Below, in pieces: positions 1-10,184 of a stretch of DNA of 64,000 nt (within the stretch, counting starts at the first letter, position 1; the number at the start of each line of letters is the position of its first letter). The stretch is from an uncultured Nitrospiraceae bacterium. GTDB taxonomy: Bacteria; Nitrospirota; Nitrospiria; Nitrospirales; Nitrospiraceae. The notes under the pieces are model-generated. The model ran no database searches and was not told where the DNA came from. It saw only the letters and a program-made list of their open reading frames with translations. The stretch is from contig CAVSTP010000004.1 of NCBI GenBank assembly GCA_963730935.1, forward strand, positions 320,001 through 384,000. The letters run 5' to 3'. The translations under genes and the position numbers were made by a program.

Positions 1-79
1 GCCGCGCGTCGCCGGCTCGTTTCATTGCGCTTTGGGAGGTGGTTCACTATAATGCCCCAATTTCTTTGGGAGAGATTTC

Positions 80-823
80 ATGAATGCAGGAGCGGGGTTG
101 CTACGCGCAGATGGTCGGCGAAAGGATCAACTTCGCCCCGTCAAAATCACGAGAAATTTCATTAAACATGCCGAGGGATCTGTGCTGATCGAAATGGGCG
201 ATACGAAGGTGATCTGCACGGCGTCCGTCGAAGAAAAAGTGCCTCCCTTTCTCAAAGGCAAGGGCACGGGGTGGGTTACGGCGGAATATGCCATGTTGCC
301 GCGGGCCACGCACGACCGGTCGCCGCGGGAAGCCGTCAAGGGTAAACAGGGCGGACGGACGTTGGAAATTCAACGCCTCGTGGGACGTTCACTACGAGCC
401 GTCACCGATATGGCACAGATGGGAGAACGGTCCATCTGGATCGATTGCGACGTGATTCAGGCTGACGGCGGCACACGGACCGCTTCGATCACCGGGTCAT
501 TCATCGCCCTTGCCGATGCCATGGCAATCTTGAAAACGCGCGGCCTCATTAAAAAGCGGCCGCTGACTGACTATCTCGCGGCGATCAGCGTCGGCAAGGT
601 GGGCGGAGAAATCCTCGTAGACTTGGCCTATATCGAGGATTCGACAGCTGATGTGGATCTGAATCTGGTCATGACCGGGAAGGGGCAATTTGTCGAAATT
701 CAGGGAACGGCGGAAAAGACCCCATTCTCCAAGCAGGACATGGACGGATTTCTCGCACAGGGGTGGGGGGCCATTCAAACACTGACCGCATTGCAGCGTG
801 ATCTCATCGGGTCTTTGGACTAA
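80..823 (+). CDS. rph: Ribonuclease PH
   Basis: [34 protein letters not shown] and [18 protein letters not shown] motifs; adjacent to rdgB. Confidence 0.97.
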   Translation: MNAGAGLLRADGRRKDQLRPVKITRNFIKHAEGSVLIEMGDTKVICTASVEEKVPPFLKGKGTGWVTAEYAMLPRATHDRSPREAVKGKQGGRTLEIQRLVGRSLRAVTDMAQMGERSIWIDCDVIQADGGTRTASITGSFIALADAMAILKTRGLIKKRPLTDYLAAISVGKVGGEILVDLAYIEDSTADVDLNLVMTGKGQFVEIQGTAEKTPFSKQDMDGFLAQGWGAIQTLTALQRDLIGSLD

Positions 824-843
824 CCTCTCTCGGATCAGCCCCA

Positions 844-1464
844 ATGCACAGGGAACTCGTTCTCGCCACCCGTAATAGGCACAAAGGAGCAGAGCTTGCT
901 GTGCTCCTCGCAGACCTGCCCATTCGGATCCGCACGATGGATGAATTTCCGGAGGTGCCCGACGTCGTCGAGGACGGCGACACCTGCGAGGCCAACGCGA
1001 TCAAAAAAGCCCGTGCGGTCTCACAAGCGACCGGCCTGTTAGCCGTAGCCGACGACACTGGATTGGAAGTGGATGCCTTGGGGGGACGACCCGGTGTCTT
1101 TGCGGCACGCTATGCCGGCCTGCAGGCGACGTATGAAGACAATTGGCGAAAATTGCTGGGCGAGATGACCGGGGTGCCGCGCGACCGCCGGACAGCCCGG
1201 TTTGTGACGGTGGCCGCGGTGGCACTGCCTTCCCAGGCGGTAGAGGTGACGACCGGTCGGCTTGACGGACTGATCGCAGAGGAGCCGGCCGGGGCCCGAG
1301 GGTTTGGCTACGATCCCGTGTTTTACGTGCCCGAATTGGGTAAGACCTTGGCCGAACTTTCGAGCGAAGAGAAGAATCGCATCAGCCATCGAGCGAAAGC
1401 CTTTGCACAAGTGCGCGACTTGTTGCAAAATAGATTCGGATCGGGGCGTAGCGCAGCCAGGTAG
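844..1464 (+). CDS. rdgB: Non-canonical purine NTP pyrophosphatase (RdgB/HAM1)
   Basis: LATRNRHK, ADDTGLEVDALGGRPGV, GFGYDPVF and EKNRISHR motifs. Confidence 0.96.
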   Translation: MHRELVLATRNRHKGAELAVLLADLPIRIRTMDEFPEVPDVVEDGDTCEANAIKKARAVSQATGLLAVADDTGLEVDALGGRPGVFAARYAGLQATYEDNWRKLLGEMTGVPRDRRTARFVTVAAVALPSQAVEVTTGRLDGLIAEEPAGARGFGYDPVFYVPELGKTLAELSSEEKNRISHRAKAFAQVRDLLQNRFGSGRSAAR

Positions 1465-1480
1465 CGCGCCTGCTTTGGGA
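1442..1480 (+). repeat. 5' half of tRNA-Pro (att-site duplicate)
   Basis: Matches 4393-4431 with one mismatch and ends at the end of the anticodon loop. Confidence 0.9.
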
Positions 1481-1611
1481 TCAAAGAACGGGGATTGCTG
1501 AGAGGCCTTGATGGCTGCGACAATCCCCTCTTTTATTGACGGTTCTCCTTCTCAGTCGTTTGCCTCTCTTAGCATCTGTTGGCCGCCCATCACCCACGTT
1601 TGTCTGATTCC

Positions 1612-1629
1612 CTAACACCGTAATAACAC
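1612..1629 (+). repeat. 18-bp direct repeat CTAACACCGTAATAACAC, copy 1 (putative integrase arm site)
   Basis: Identical to 4323-4340; contains TAACAC twice at 11-bp spacing. Confidence 0.7.
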
Positions 1630-1851
1630 CTGGCTGAAAACCCCCGGCCGTTAACCCTTGGCGGGTGTCCGTGTGTGAAGGTCGGAGGGATACTGATTGA
1701 CAAGATGGACATTTATGTCTGAGCAACATGTTACCGTGCCGCCGACGAATAACGCGCTGGGCGCGGTGACATGAATACGAATGATGGGCGTGTCCTGTCC
1801 TGTTGACAGTCACTTAAGGTGCGACATATCGTTGAGGAATAAAGGGAATTT

Positions 1852-3420
1852 ATGGAACTTAGGCCTAGCGCGAATTTCTCCCTGCCCAAACTCGCGTGGA
1901 TTGCCGAGGTAAATCGTACCGATCAAATTGTAACTCTTCACCACGGTCCCCTAGTTGAGGTGCGACAGAACTTCTTCATTGAGGGGGTATGGGATGGCCC
2001 GTTCGCGAAGGGCGATTTCGGTGAGACTGAGTGTGTATTCGGCACTGGGGCAATCCTCAAAGATGGATCAGTGCGATTCGTCACAAGCGCCGCAACGACT
2101 GACTTTCTGTATTACGAAGATAGGGGAGCCCAAGTAACAGTATCCAATTCTTTGCCGCTCTTGCTGGCATGCGTCCAAGACGCTCTTGACCCTCACTATC
2201 GGGATTATCCGTTAATTTGCGACTCCGTGATGGACGGTATTGATGACTATCGTCGCGATATTCCTACGAAGCGGGGAAAAGTACGGCGACAGATGTTCCG
2301 GAATCTTGATGTTTCTAGAGAGAAGGTTTCGGAGGCAGAAAAGAGAATGCCACCCCCATTCAAGTGTTTTGATGACTACCGGAACTATCTGCGAGGCAGA
2401 TATGGACTCATTGCGGCCAATGCGCGAGATGGTGCACGCTTGCAACCCCTTGAGATATGCTCCACCCAGTCTCGAGGTTACGACACCACCGCCGTGAATT
2501 CGATTGCCTGTGCGTATGGGATAGACAAGGTTTTTACCGTCTCCAAGGCAAAAAGTAATTTCTATCTGGCCCATAATGATGAGGGCAAGTTGCCTAGTGA
2601 TGACGGTGAAGATATATGCACGTCTCTAGGTCTCAAGTTTATTCGGCTCAATAGACGCGCATTTACAGAAGAATTCGGGCAGGAGCACCTTTTTTACTGT
2701 GTTCTCCACCATAACCAGGATGCAAACCTTAAAGACATCGCTAAACATGTCCCGAGGGTCAGCCTCCTTCTGACGGGAACATACGGGTCGATCTGGGACA
2801 CGGAAAAGTGCTTCAGCAATAGAGTAGTTCTGGATGGCAGCTTGAGAAGATCTGACCTAAGCACCCATGGAATGTCAGAATTCCGTCTGGTCGCTGGCTT
2901 TATTCAGCTGCCATTTCCCTACATAGGTGCGCGGCGAATGTCAGATATTCTTAGGATTACAGAGTCTTCCGAAATGGATCCCTGGCGCTTGGGCAATCTG
3001 TACGATCGGCCTATTGCGAGACGGATTGCTGAAGAAGCCGGGGTTCCAAGGCAAATCTTTGGCCAGTCCAAAATGGGATCTGTGGTTATTTTTTCTGCGC
3101 CCTCAATACCGTATGGTAAGGCGCTTCGGCGAGAATTCTTTGACTATTTGGCATACGAACGGATTATGACGCGATCTACAACATTGCTGTGGCCCATCGT
3201 TCGATGGGTGAATTCTATCCTGATGTTGAAAAGAGAGGACCGGTTTGCGGTTGTCCACTATACTGAGCGGCTGATTTCCAAGCTGACCAGGCGCGAATTT
3301 CATTTCAAGCGCATATGGTCGAAGCTTGATGGCGCGCTGTTCTGTTTCTGTGTCAATAGAACGGCGGAAACATATATTAGACATCTCTTCCAAGTGAAGC
3401 GACCAGCCTCGTCCTTATAA
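1852..3420 (+). CDS. Hypothetical protein, possibly PP-loop/asparagine synthetase-like
   Basis: 522-aa ORF with upstream purine-rich RBS; SRGYDT resembles the SxGxDS PP-loop. Confidence 0.6.
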   Translation: MELRPSANFSLPKLAWIAEVNRTDQIVTLHHGPLVEVRQNFFIEGVWDGPFAKGDFGETECVFGTGAILKDGSVRFVTSAATTDFLYYEDRGAQVTVSNSLPLLLACVQDALDPHYRDYPLICDSVMDGIDDYRRDIPTKRGKVRRQMFRNLDVSREKVSEAEKRMPPPFKCFDDYRNYLRGRYGLIAANARDGARLQPLEICSTQSRGYDTTAVNSIACAYGIDKVFTVSKAKSNFYLAHNDEGKLPSDDGEDICTSLGLKFIRLNRRAFTEEFGQEHLFYCVLHHNQDANLKDIAKHVPRVSLLLTGTYGSIWDTEKCFSNRVVLDGSLRRSDLSTHGMSEFRLVAGFIQLPFPYIGARRMSDILRITESSEMDPWRLGNLYDRPIARRIAEEAGVPRQIFGQSKMGSVVIFSAPSIPYGKALRREFFDYLAYERIMTRSTTLLWPIVRWVNSILMLKREDRFAVVHYTERLISKLTRREFHFKRIWSKLDGALFCFCVNRTAETYIRHLFQVKRPASSL

Positions 3421-3433
3421 GGTCTCTCTTTGT

Positions 3434-3922
3434 ATGGGTCTCTCCCCTTTGATTCGCTTCGGCACTTCCGCGTGGACCTATGAAGGGTGGCAAGGGCAGG
3501 TCTATAACAGAGCCTACAAGAAGACGACCTTTGCGCGAGAATGCTTAGGCGAGTACTGCCAGTATCTCTACAACGGAGAACCGCTCTTTCGCACCGTCGG
3601 GAACGATTCGACCTTCTACCGGCCACCGACCGCCAATCAGCTCAAAAACTACCTCAACCAGATCCCTGAAGACTTTGAGATGTGTTTCAAGGTGTGGGAA
3701 GAACTCACCATCCCCACGTTCTCGAGTCACCCACGCTACGGTGTGAAAGCCGGCCAAGCGAACCCTCGGTTTCTTGATGCCAGCCTCTTCAAGGATCTCG
3801 TCCTTACGCGCTACCGAGAGGCGAATTTCAGACCGCATACGGGACCGTTCCTCTTCGAATTTCAGCGCACCCAGACTCCAACCCATGCCTTTCAATCCGT
3901 GACGGCGATAGGGGTGTCTTAG
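3434..3922 (+). pseudogene. Truncated DUF72 family protein
   Basis: IRFGTSAWTYEGW, DSTFYRPP and F.FKVW are DUF72-like; similarity stops after FLFEFQR at about 3868. Confidence 0.75.
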
Positions 3923-3999
3923 TGCACTGCTGGGCTGGATGCACATTGAAAGACATTACCCAAAAACTCGGCATCAACGTCAAAGATCTCTTTCATGAC
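3865..3999 (+). pseudogene. Phage/ICE primase zinc-binding domain fragment
   Basis: Frame reads AHPDSNPCLSIRDGDRGVLVHCWAGCTLKDITQKLGINVKDLF, like CPAH.D..PSLSI...LHCFAGC...LGL...DLF primase N-termini. Confidence 0.65.
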
Positions 4000-4080
4000 A
4001 ACTTGCTCAGTTCTCGCCAGCGCCAAGATTCACGGTTCTGCATGGGGAACGTCGCCTGGACACCCCCAAGGTCTTCCTGT

Positions 4081-4326
4081 ATAAACGGGAAGCCTTGGAA
4101 GAATCCCCGAACCGCTTTTGCTGCGGCCTGTCGTCGGGCTGGAATCACCGGCTTACGCCTCCATGATCTATGGCATACCGCCATCACGAACCTGAGGAGG
4201 GCAGGGGCAGATACCATGACCGCCATGAAGATTGTCGGCCACAAGTCTGAACAGATGCATCGGCGCTATAATACGATCCAGCCCGAAGACAGAGGCTGCG
4301 GCGAAGCTGCAAAAGTACGTGGCTAA
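4081..4326 (+). pseudogene. Tyrosine recombinase C-terminal fragment
   Basis: RLHDLWHTAITNL...VGHKSEQMHRRY; the HxxR arginine is replaced by Trp and the N-terminal part is absent. Confidence 0.85.
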
Positions 4327-4340
4327 CACCGTAATAACAC
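4323..4340 (+). repeat. 18-bp direct repeat, copy 2
   Basis: Identical to 1612-1629. Confidence 0.7.
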
Positions 4341-4378
4341 TTGCATCTCAGCCTATCGCGAGGCAGAGTGTAAGTGGT

Positions 4379-4384
4379 TATAAT
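4379..4384 (+). promoter_or_regulatory. Consensus -10 box (TATAAT) for tRNA-Pro
   Basis: Perfect TATAAT 8 nt before the tRNA; the -35 is weak. Confidence 0.5.
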
Positions 4385-4392
4385 TCCAACGT

Positions 4393-4470
<78 letters not shown>

Positions 4471-5683
4471 TATCCATAATGAAAATCGGATCTAGCTTCC
4501 GTCTCAGGACAATCTGGGGTCACGGTTGGGGTTACAAAATTACCTCGGTTTGCCCACCATTACGCTGCCTGCGCAATGACGGCTAATGTCAATCGATAAG
4601 CCCTCCGCACCAGCCAAACATCAGGCCTCGCCGAAAACAGAAGCAAACTGGAGGACGCACAATCCAGACACTTACTCTAGTTCGCCTCGAATCGGTAGCA
4701 CCATGGCGAATTCTGAAATCATCGGATATGGAAGGATAAAAAGAGCCACCGTTTCGTGACCTCATTTTATTAATCACCGTCCTGAATAGCGCCTGCACCT
4801 ACCATGGAGATTCTACCCCCTCATCGAAAATCCGATACCGACGCAACATCATGAAGGCCCACCGCTCACGCCGCCGACAATGGCGAAGGAGAGCCTGTAT
4901 TGCCGTGGTCAGGTCGTACCGGCCATGGCGATCTGGTGCAATCACGCCCGCCTGCCGCAGCCGAGCGAGGCTAGAGGTCGGAAGTTTTCCAGTACCTTCG
5001 TTATCAATGACTTATGCCGCGCAGTCGCCAGACCGTTCAATCCGGCACTGAGCACTTTTGACCATTAACTGCGACCTCTATTCAGCGAGAATGCTCTTAC
5101 ACACCAAATGCCGAGGTGGATTCTGCCTATTGGCCAGCGGATTGCTTCTTCGACGAGCCGATCATTTGAAAGAGGGCGGACTAGTCTCCGGGCCATGTTT
5201 TTCTTCAACCTTATTCTCACGCTCCTTCTTACATTCCTACTGCTGAATGGCTGATTATCGAGCAGCCGCCGAACAGCCACCTGACGCTGGACACCAAGCC
5301 CGGACGGCACAGTGCGCAACCCCTAGAGAGAGCTGGCCGACCGTTTGAGTCGGCCAGCCCCACCGTGCCAGAGCGGTAGGAGGCCATGTGAAAGGGCCGA
5401 ATTGAAATGGACAGGCCTTCGGGGTCCACCTGCAGGAATGGAAGCGAAGTGAGTTCCTGAAAATAGAGCGGGCTGTGCGTCGGGCTAGGCGACGGTTTCC
5501 TTTTTCAGTCGGGTACGTTGCCGAACATGTCGCTAGAGGTACGGTGTCAAGTACCTGGCAAGTGGCTGACATGTCCTCGTTACTCCTGCTCTGTTCCCCC
5601 GTACATCCGATCAATAAAGACAGCCAACGCAGCAGAGCGGGGCCCGGCGAGGAAGTGGCGACAGAGTGCAAAGGCGACCAACC

Positions 5684-6070
5684 ATGAAACAGCTGTTTTT
5701 CGTTGCACTCATGCTGCTCAGCAGTGGACCGGCGTATGCGGAGTGGGTCGTCATCGACACTTTCGAAGATGAAACGATATACATGGACCTAGATACGATC
5801 CATCGCAAAGAGGACCTCGCAGAAATTTCAGTGATCTCCGATTTCAACGCTGCGAAACACCTCCAGGACGGGTCGCGTTACCGTTCTGCACGACTACTAC
5901 ATCAATATAATTGCATCGAACAACGCTTTCGATTGTTGGCGGTCACCTTGTTCGCTGGCAATATGGGGAACGGCGCGATGTTAGATGCTTTGGCTAAAGA
6001 AGGCACATGGCATCCTATCCATTCCGATAATGTTAGCCGACAGTTGATGGAATTGGCCTGCCCCAAGTGA
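5684..6070 (+). CDS. Secreted surface-adhesin E-like protein
   Basis: Signal peptide ending AYA, then EW; IYMDLDTI, YNC...R, W.PI and terminal AC pattern. Confidence 0.65.
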   Translation: MKQLFFVALMLLSSGPAYAEWVVIDTFEDETIYMDLDTIHRKEDLAEISVISDFNAAKHLQDGSRYRSARLLHQYNCIEQRFRLLAVTLFAGNMGNGAMLDALAKEGTWHPIHSDNVSRQLMELACPK

Positions 6071-6092
6071 GCGCCCCCTAGGGAATGAATCA

Positions 6093-6397
6093 ATGAAACG
6101 GGACCAAACGCTGGTCATCGGTTACCGTTCGGTTGACCGTGCCCGCGAAGGGCGAATGCTCGGCATACGTCAGCCGCTCGATGGACCGATCTTTGACAGC
6201 TGGAGGATGCGCAGAACTGGTGCATCCACGCCATGATCAGCCATTACGACCGTCGGCTCGGCATGTCCGATGCGCAGATCGAGCCGTTCAAGGGCATGGT
6301 GGACTGCGGTGGAGAGCCCTCAAATCCAACCCAACTTCGGGACATCGAGCGGATCTGTGAGCAAGCGGCGAGGGAGCGAGCGATACGGCCACGCTGA
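6093..6397 (+). pseudogene. Possible frameshifted hypothetical gene
   Basis: MKRDQ...PIFDS continues plausibly as EDAQNWCIHAM...RAIRPR* after a 1-nt shift near 6200. Confidence 0.3.
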
Positions 6398-6581
6398 TAT
6401 GTGGAGCGGTTGATGGTTTGTTTCAGGGTTCCTCGTCGTGGCCTCCTTCAGATTTCGTCGTCGAAGACTACCTGATCTACCTGATCACTTTTGAACAGTT
6501 ATGGCCGTTCTATACGCCTATGCTCTGTACGGTGAGGCGCGTTTTTCTGTGCCGTTGAAAGGCATCTGAAAGGCATCTGCC

Positions 6582-6797
6582 ATGAAACCCGAGCACACCC
6601 TTATCGATTGCATCCTCGACATCATAGTTCACCAACCGGGCTGTCGGATCCAGGACGTGGCCGACTTCCTGCCGGATCTGACATTGAATGAGATCCTTGA
6701 CTCATTGCGTTACCTCAGCCGGAAGGGGCAGTTGGAGTTGATAGTAGACCGCCAGGGTAGATTCGCTGTTACCCCAACGTCGCGAGTGTTCAATTAG
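6582..6797 (+). CDS. Small winged-helix-like hypothetical protein
   Basis: ILDIIVHQPGCRIQDVADFL...SLRYLSRKGQL wHTH-like pattern. Confidence 0.55.
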   Translation: MKPEHTLIDCILDIIVHQPGCRIQDVADFLPDLTLNEILDSLRYLSRKGQLELIVDRQGRFAVTPTSRVFN

Positions 6798-6893
6798 ACC
6801 TCAACCTCATGTTCAAAAAACTGCATTCGCAACCTTCGCAACTTCCTAATCTTCAAAACTCCTCCATCTCATAGTCACCAGAAAGGACGGTCC

Positions 6894-7127
6894 ATGATTC
6901 GTCATACTCGTATGTCCGTGTTTGTTGAGGAAAATATGTTAACCCATCCTACCCAGGGGGGAATTAGCCGTATCGCGAAGGATTTCATGAACCAAGGAAA
7001 AGAATTATTGAGACGCCTTCGCACAACTGAGGCGAACACGCTGACAAAGGGGGAAATACGCATGCTGCGACTGCAGCTCCATCTCTTAGACATCGAAGCC
7101 TCTAACAGAGCACTGGAACCTGAGTGA
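6894..7127 (+). CDS. Hypothetical protein (start uncertain)
   Basis: ORF with an AAAGGA RBS; helical composition. Confidence 0.45.
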   Translation: MIRHTRMSVFVEENMLTHPTQGGISRIAKDFMNQGKELLRRLRTTEANTLTKGEIRMLRLQLHLLDIEASNRALEPE

Positions 7128-7274
7128 ATCAGAACGGAAGCGTTTTCAGTCGAATGCCCGCTTGACTCAGTCTTCTAGAGCGCCTAAGGTACCTTCACTC
7201 CGCTCCACCTGCTCCTGCTGCGGCTTCCTGGGAAGACCCGACCGCCAGATACATAATGAAAGGCGGTCGTCCTC

Positions 7275-7481
7275 TTGTCTGACCCATCATTTCTACCCAT
7301 CCGCGAAGACCTTCACAATTTTTGCCGGTACTGCGAGCGACTGTTAGCCAGCGCCCATGCGCCTGACCATGCCCCATTCTCGCAAGATGAACTGCAGATG
7401 ATCTGTCGCTACGCCAACGAAGTCGCCAAGCTTGCCGATTCGCAGAGGTTTGACGAGCAGAGCAACGGGAAACCGGCGTGA
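7275..7481 (+). CDS. Hypothetical protein
   Basis: 68-aa protein-like ORF with a TTG start. Confidence 0.4.
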   Translation: MSDPSFLPIREDLHNFCRYCERLLASAHAPDHAPFSQDELQMICRYANEVAKLADSQRFDEQSNGKPA

Positions 7482-8015
7482 CAGCGGTCACAGTTCATTG
7501 CGCCATCCTCAAGCGGTAGTCCTCGGCAATCAGCACGTCAGGCGGCCAGTGCTCCCGATGGATCAGCCACAAAACTGCGAGCGCGCCGACCCACAGCCTT
7601 TGTTCACTGTAGGACAGTCTGGGAATTGACAGGTTCTGCTTCGCGAATATACTCGTGCAAATTCCTGTATGTCTTGTTTCGGGAGGCCAGCCATGCACAA
7701 ATCAGGTTCGCGAGTTGCTACCGCCAATCAAATTGTTCCTGTTTGCTGCGTATGCGGCCTCCTCAGCGACGAGGCGGGTCCGTTGACCGTGAGCGCTGGG
7801 TGACAAAGCAAACCCTTTCGAAAAACTCATGGTGTAGAGCCAGGCGCTTACCGGTTCAGTCACACCTACTGCCCTGTGTGTTATAGGTTGTTCCTGAATC
7901 GCATTGCCGCCGCGTAGCGAAACTGAGGGCTGAGCCCAATTCTGTCCCTCCATGGCTCTACCGTAGGCTGCACTCCGGCGTTTGTCCCTAGCTGACCTTA
8001 CAAGCGACCAGAAAT

Positions 8016-8381
8016 TCAAGCAGCAATATCCGCCCTACCCCCCTCTTCAAAGCCGAGAGGAAAAGGAGGATGACTATCGCGAGCAACGGAGGGAATTGGA
8101 ATCGGTCCCGCCCATAGTGCATCGATGTTTTGAGGATCGACGACTGCCCCTGGTACCTTGGGATAGCGAGAAGCTGGAACAAGCGCTACGAAGCGATCGG
8201 TTTCCCAGTCACGTTCGACTTGTACGATCGTCGGCAAACCTGGGCCCACATGAGAGTTTAGCATCCAATACCACCCCGCTCGTCGAGGCTTCACCTCCGT
8301 CCAAGTTAACGGCTGGTCTTTGTAATGTGTCGGCATGAAATCCGACCTCGTGTGCATAAAGCTACCAATTAAGTTATTCAC
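8016..8381 (-). CDS. Hypothetical protein
   Basis: AAGGAGG RBS upstream; WTEVKPRRAGWYW...WAGPIP phage-like pattern. Confidence 0.5.
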   Translation of the reverse strand: MNNLIGSFMHTRSDFMPTHYKDQPLTWTEVKPRRAGWYWMLNSHVGPGLPTIVQVERDWETDRFVALVPASRYPKVPGAVVDPQNIDALWAGPIPIPSVARDSHPPFPLGFEEGGRADIAA

Positions 8382-8895
8382 GACTCACCCTCCTTGTAAA
8401 CTGATCAAAAACGATGACGTCGCCTATCGCGCTATTAGGTAATTGACAACCGGGGGTATTTTTACGAAATTACAAGGGACCAGCAGGAGGATCGGACTGG
8501 GAGGGACTTGATACGTAACGGTGGTGATTTTTGTCTGGCATAATGGTGAGGTACACTACGTAAAAACAAGACCCATGATAGGAATCAATGCAAAAGACAT
8601 CAATAGTTCATTGGAGTAGGGATGAATGGCACCATTGCTTCGAAGACTTTAGATGAGGGGTTTCAACACTTCAGGGGGATGCGGACCGGATGAAAATGCG
8701 CTGAGGTGCTGAAGCGAAGGAGGGGGAGAATGTCATAAACCGATAGGGTTACCCGAACAATGAAATACCACCATTTCGCTACAGGACTTGCTTGTTGATG
8801 GGAAAATGCTTTAACGGTGTTTGCTCGTACCTCCATTTTTAAGTACACTTTCCAACACTGACGACTGCTAGAACTCTCACCGTAAGGAAGAGGTT

Positions 8896-9315
8896 ATGCC
8901 AAAAACAATGGTGAGGATTAGAACGAGTGGCAACTTGAATCCGACGGCATCGCGGTCAAGTCAGACGATTACAACGGTGCCAGCGAAAAAAGTACTTGTC
9001 ATCGAAACAATCAGCGCAAATATCCGTATACCGGTGGCTACACCAGCACCGGAAATTGCAAGACTAGTAGTGGTCACCGGATCAGCATTTCCTCCTGGAA
9101 CTGGTTCGCCGCTAATAGACATTCCAATGACCCGGATGGCCACTGATCCGGCAGGGAACTTTGTAAATCATGTCGCGTTGGCACACATGAGAGCCTATGC
9201 CACCGGTGGAATAGTACAGTATTCGATAGATCTCAGCATTCCCAGCAGTGGGTCTTTTGATCTGAGTCTGTTTGGGTATCTATTACCAGCCAATAGCCAA
9301 AGTCTCGCTCCGTGA
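8896..9315 (+). CDS. Hypothetical beta-rich protein
   Basis: RBS present; TVPAKKVLVIETIS...SLFGYL pattern. Confidence 0.6.
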   Translation: MPKTMVRIRTSGNLNPTASRSSQTITTVPAKKVLVIETISANIRIPVATPAPEIARLVVVTGSAFPPGTGSPLIDIPMTRMATDPAGNFVNHVALAHMRAYATGGIVQYSIDLSIPSSGSFDLSLFGYLLPANSQSLAP

Positions 9316-9845
9316 TAGGGAAACCGCCATCAGCGTTACACGATCGGGGATATTTGGCTCGCTCTCCAGGAACCACACTGCTGATTTTCACCTTGCTTGC
9401 TGCATGCCCTGTAAACACCAGGGGGCAAGAGCGAGTGACGACCATTGACCATGGTAGTATGACCGAGTCCGCTAAATCACCAACCTCACAAGCGGAACCT
9501 CTGGACCTTCATGAACAGATGCTTGCTGGCAAACGGTTCAAAAAGGCTAAGTTGAAGGGTGCAAACCTTCGCGGAGCGATGCTGGCGGGTGCTGACTTTC
9601 GAGGGGCAAATCTCGAGTATGCCGATCTAGGGGGTGCGATGATGCTTGGAGCCAATCTGAGTGGCGCCAATTTGATGAATGCGAACTTTAAGGAGGCCAA
9701 TTTATTAGGCGCTCACCTGGAAGGGGCACGCATTGAGGGCACAAATTTCCATAAAACAGTATTCCTCACTCAAGACCAACTCGACGACGCATGCGGTAAA
9801 CCTAGAGCTCTTCCGGAAGGACTCAAAGCGCCGAAGGCTTGCTAG
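9312..9845 (+). CDS. Pentapeptide repeat protein
   Basis: Tandem A(N/D)L/Fxx repeats; hydrophobic N-terminus. Confidence 0.85.
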   Translation: MIGKPPSALHDRGYLARSPGTTLLIFTLLAACPVNTRGQERVTTIDHGSMTESAKSPTSQAEPLDLHEQMLAGKRFKKAKLKGANLRGAMLAGADFRGANLEYADLGGAMMLGANLSGANLMNANFKEANLLGAHLEGARIEGTNFHKTVFLTQDQLDDACGKPRALPEGLKAPKAC

Positions 9846-10184
9846 CTGTTAAGAAGAGAAGTCCTCAACTATCGTACTCTCCCAGGGGCCTGTTGGGGTA
9901 TAAGCTTTCAAATGTGAAGCGTCGTGGGTCTCTCTCTTGTTAGGGCATGGGCCACCCGTGAAGGCTACCGTCTCAATGAAACCGTAGGCGTGGGAGTCCT
10001 CAAACAGACCCCGTCCTGCCGACAAAGGCCGGGGTCTTCCTGCCATCAAATCCCGGCTTCGGCACCAACCCTCCACCCCGGTTCTACAAAGGGTTCTCGC
10101 GCGTATTCAGTCCCAGAGAATGACAAATGCAGATAGAACTCCTTCTTCCTGATGTAATCACTGCCCCGAAGTGAGCCGGCGGAT

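Noticed and set aside
4515..4535. TGGGGT(C/T)AC pair as arm sites of island 2
   Set aside because: I found no matching copy near the other att end and no integrase, so it is unsupported
6468..6843. Short tandem duplications (CTACCTGAT x2, TGAAAGGCATC x2, TTCGCAAC x2)
   Set aside because: Only two copies each with no shared consensus; consistent with slippage in a decaying island
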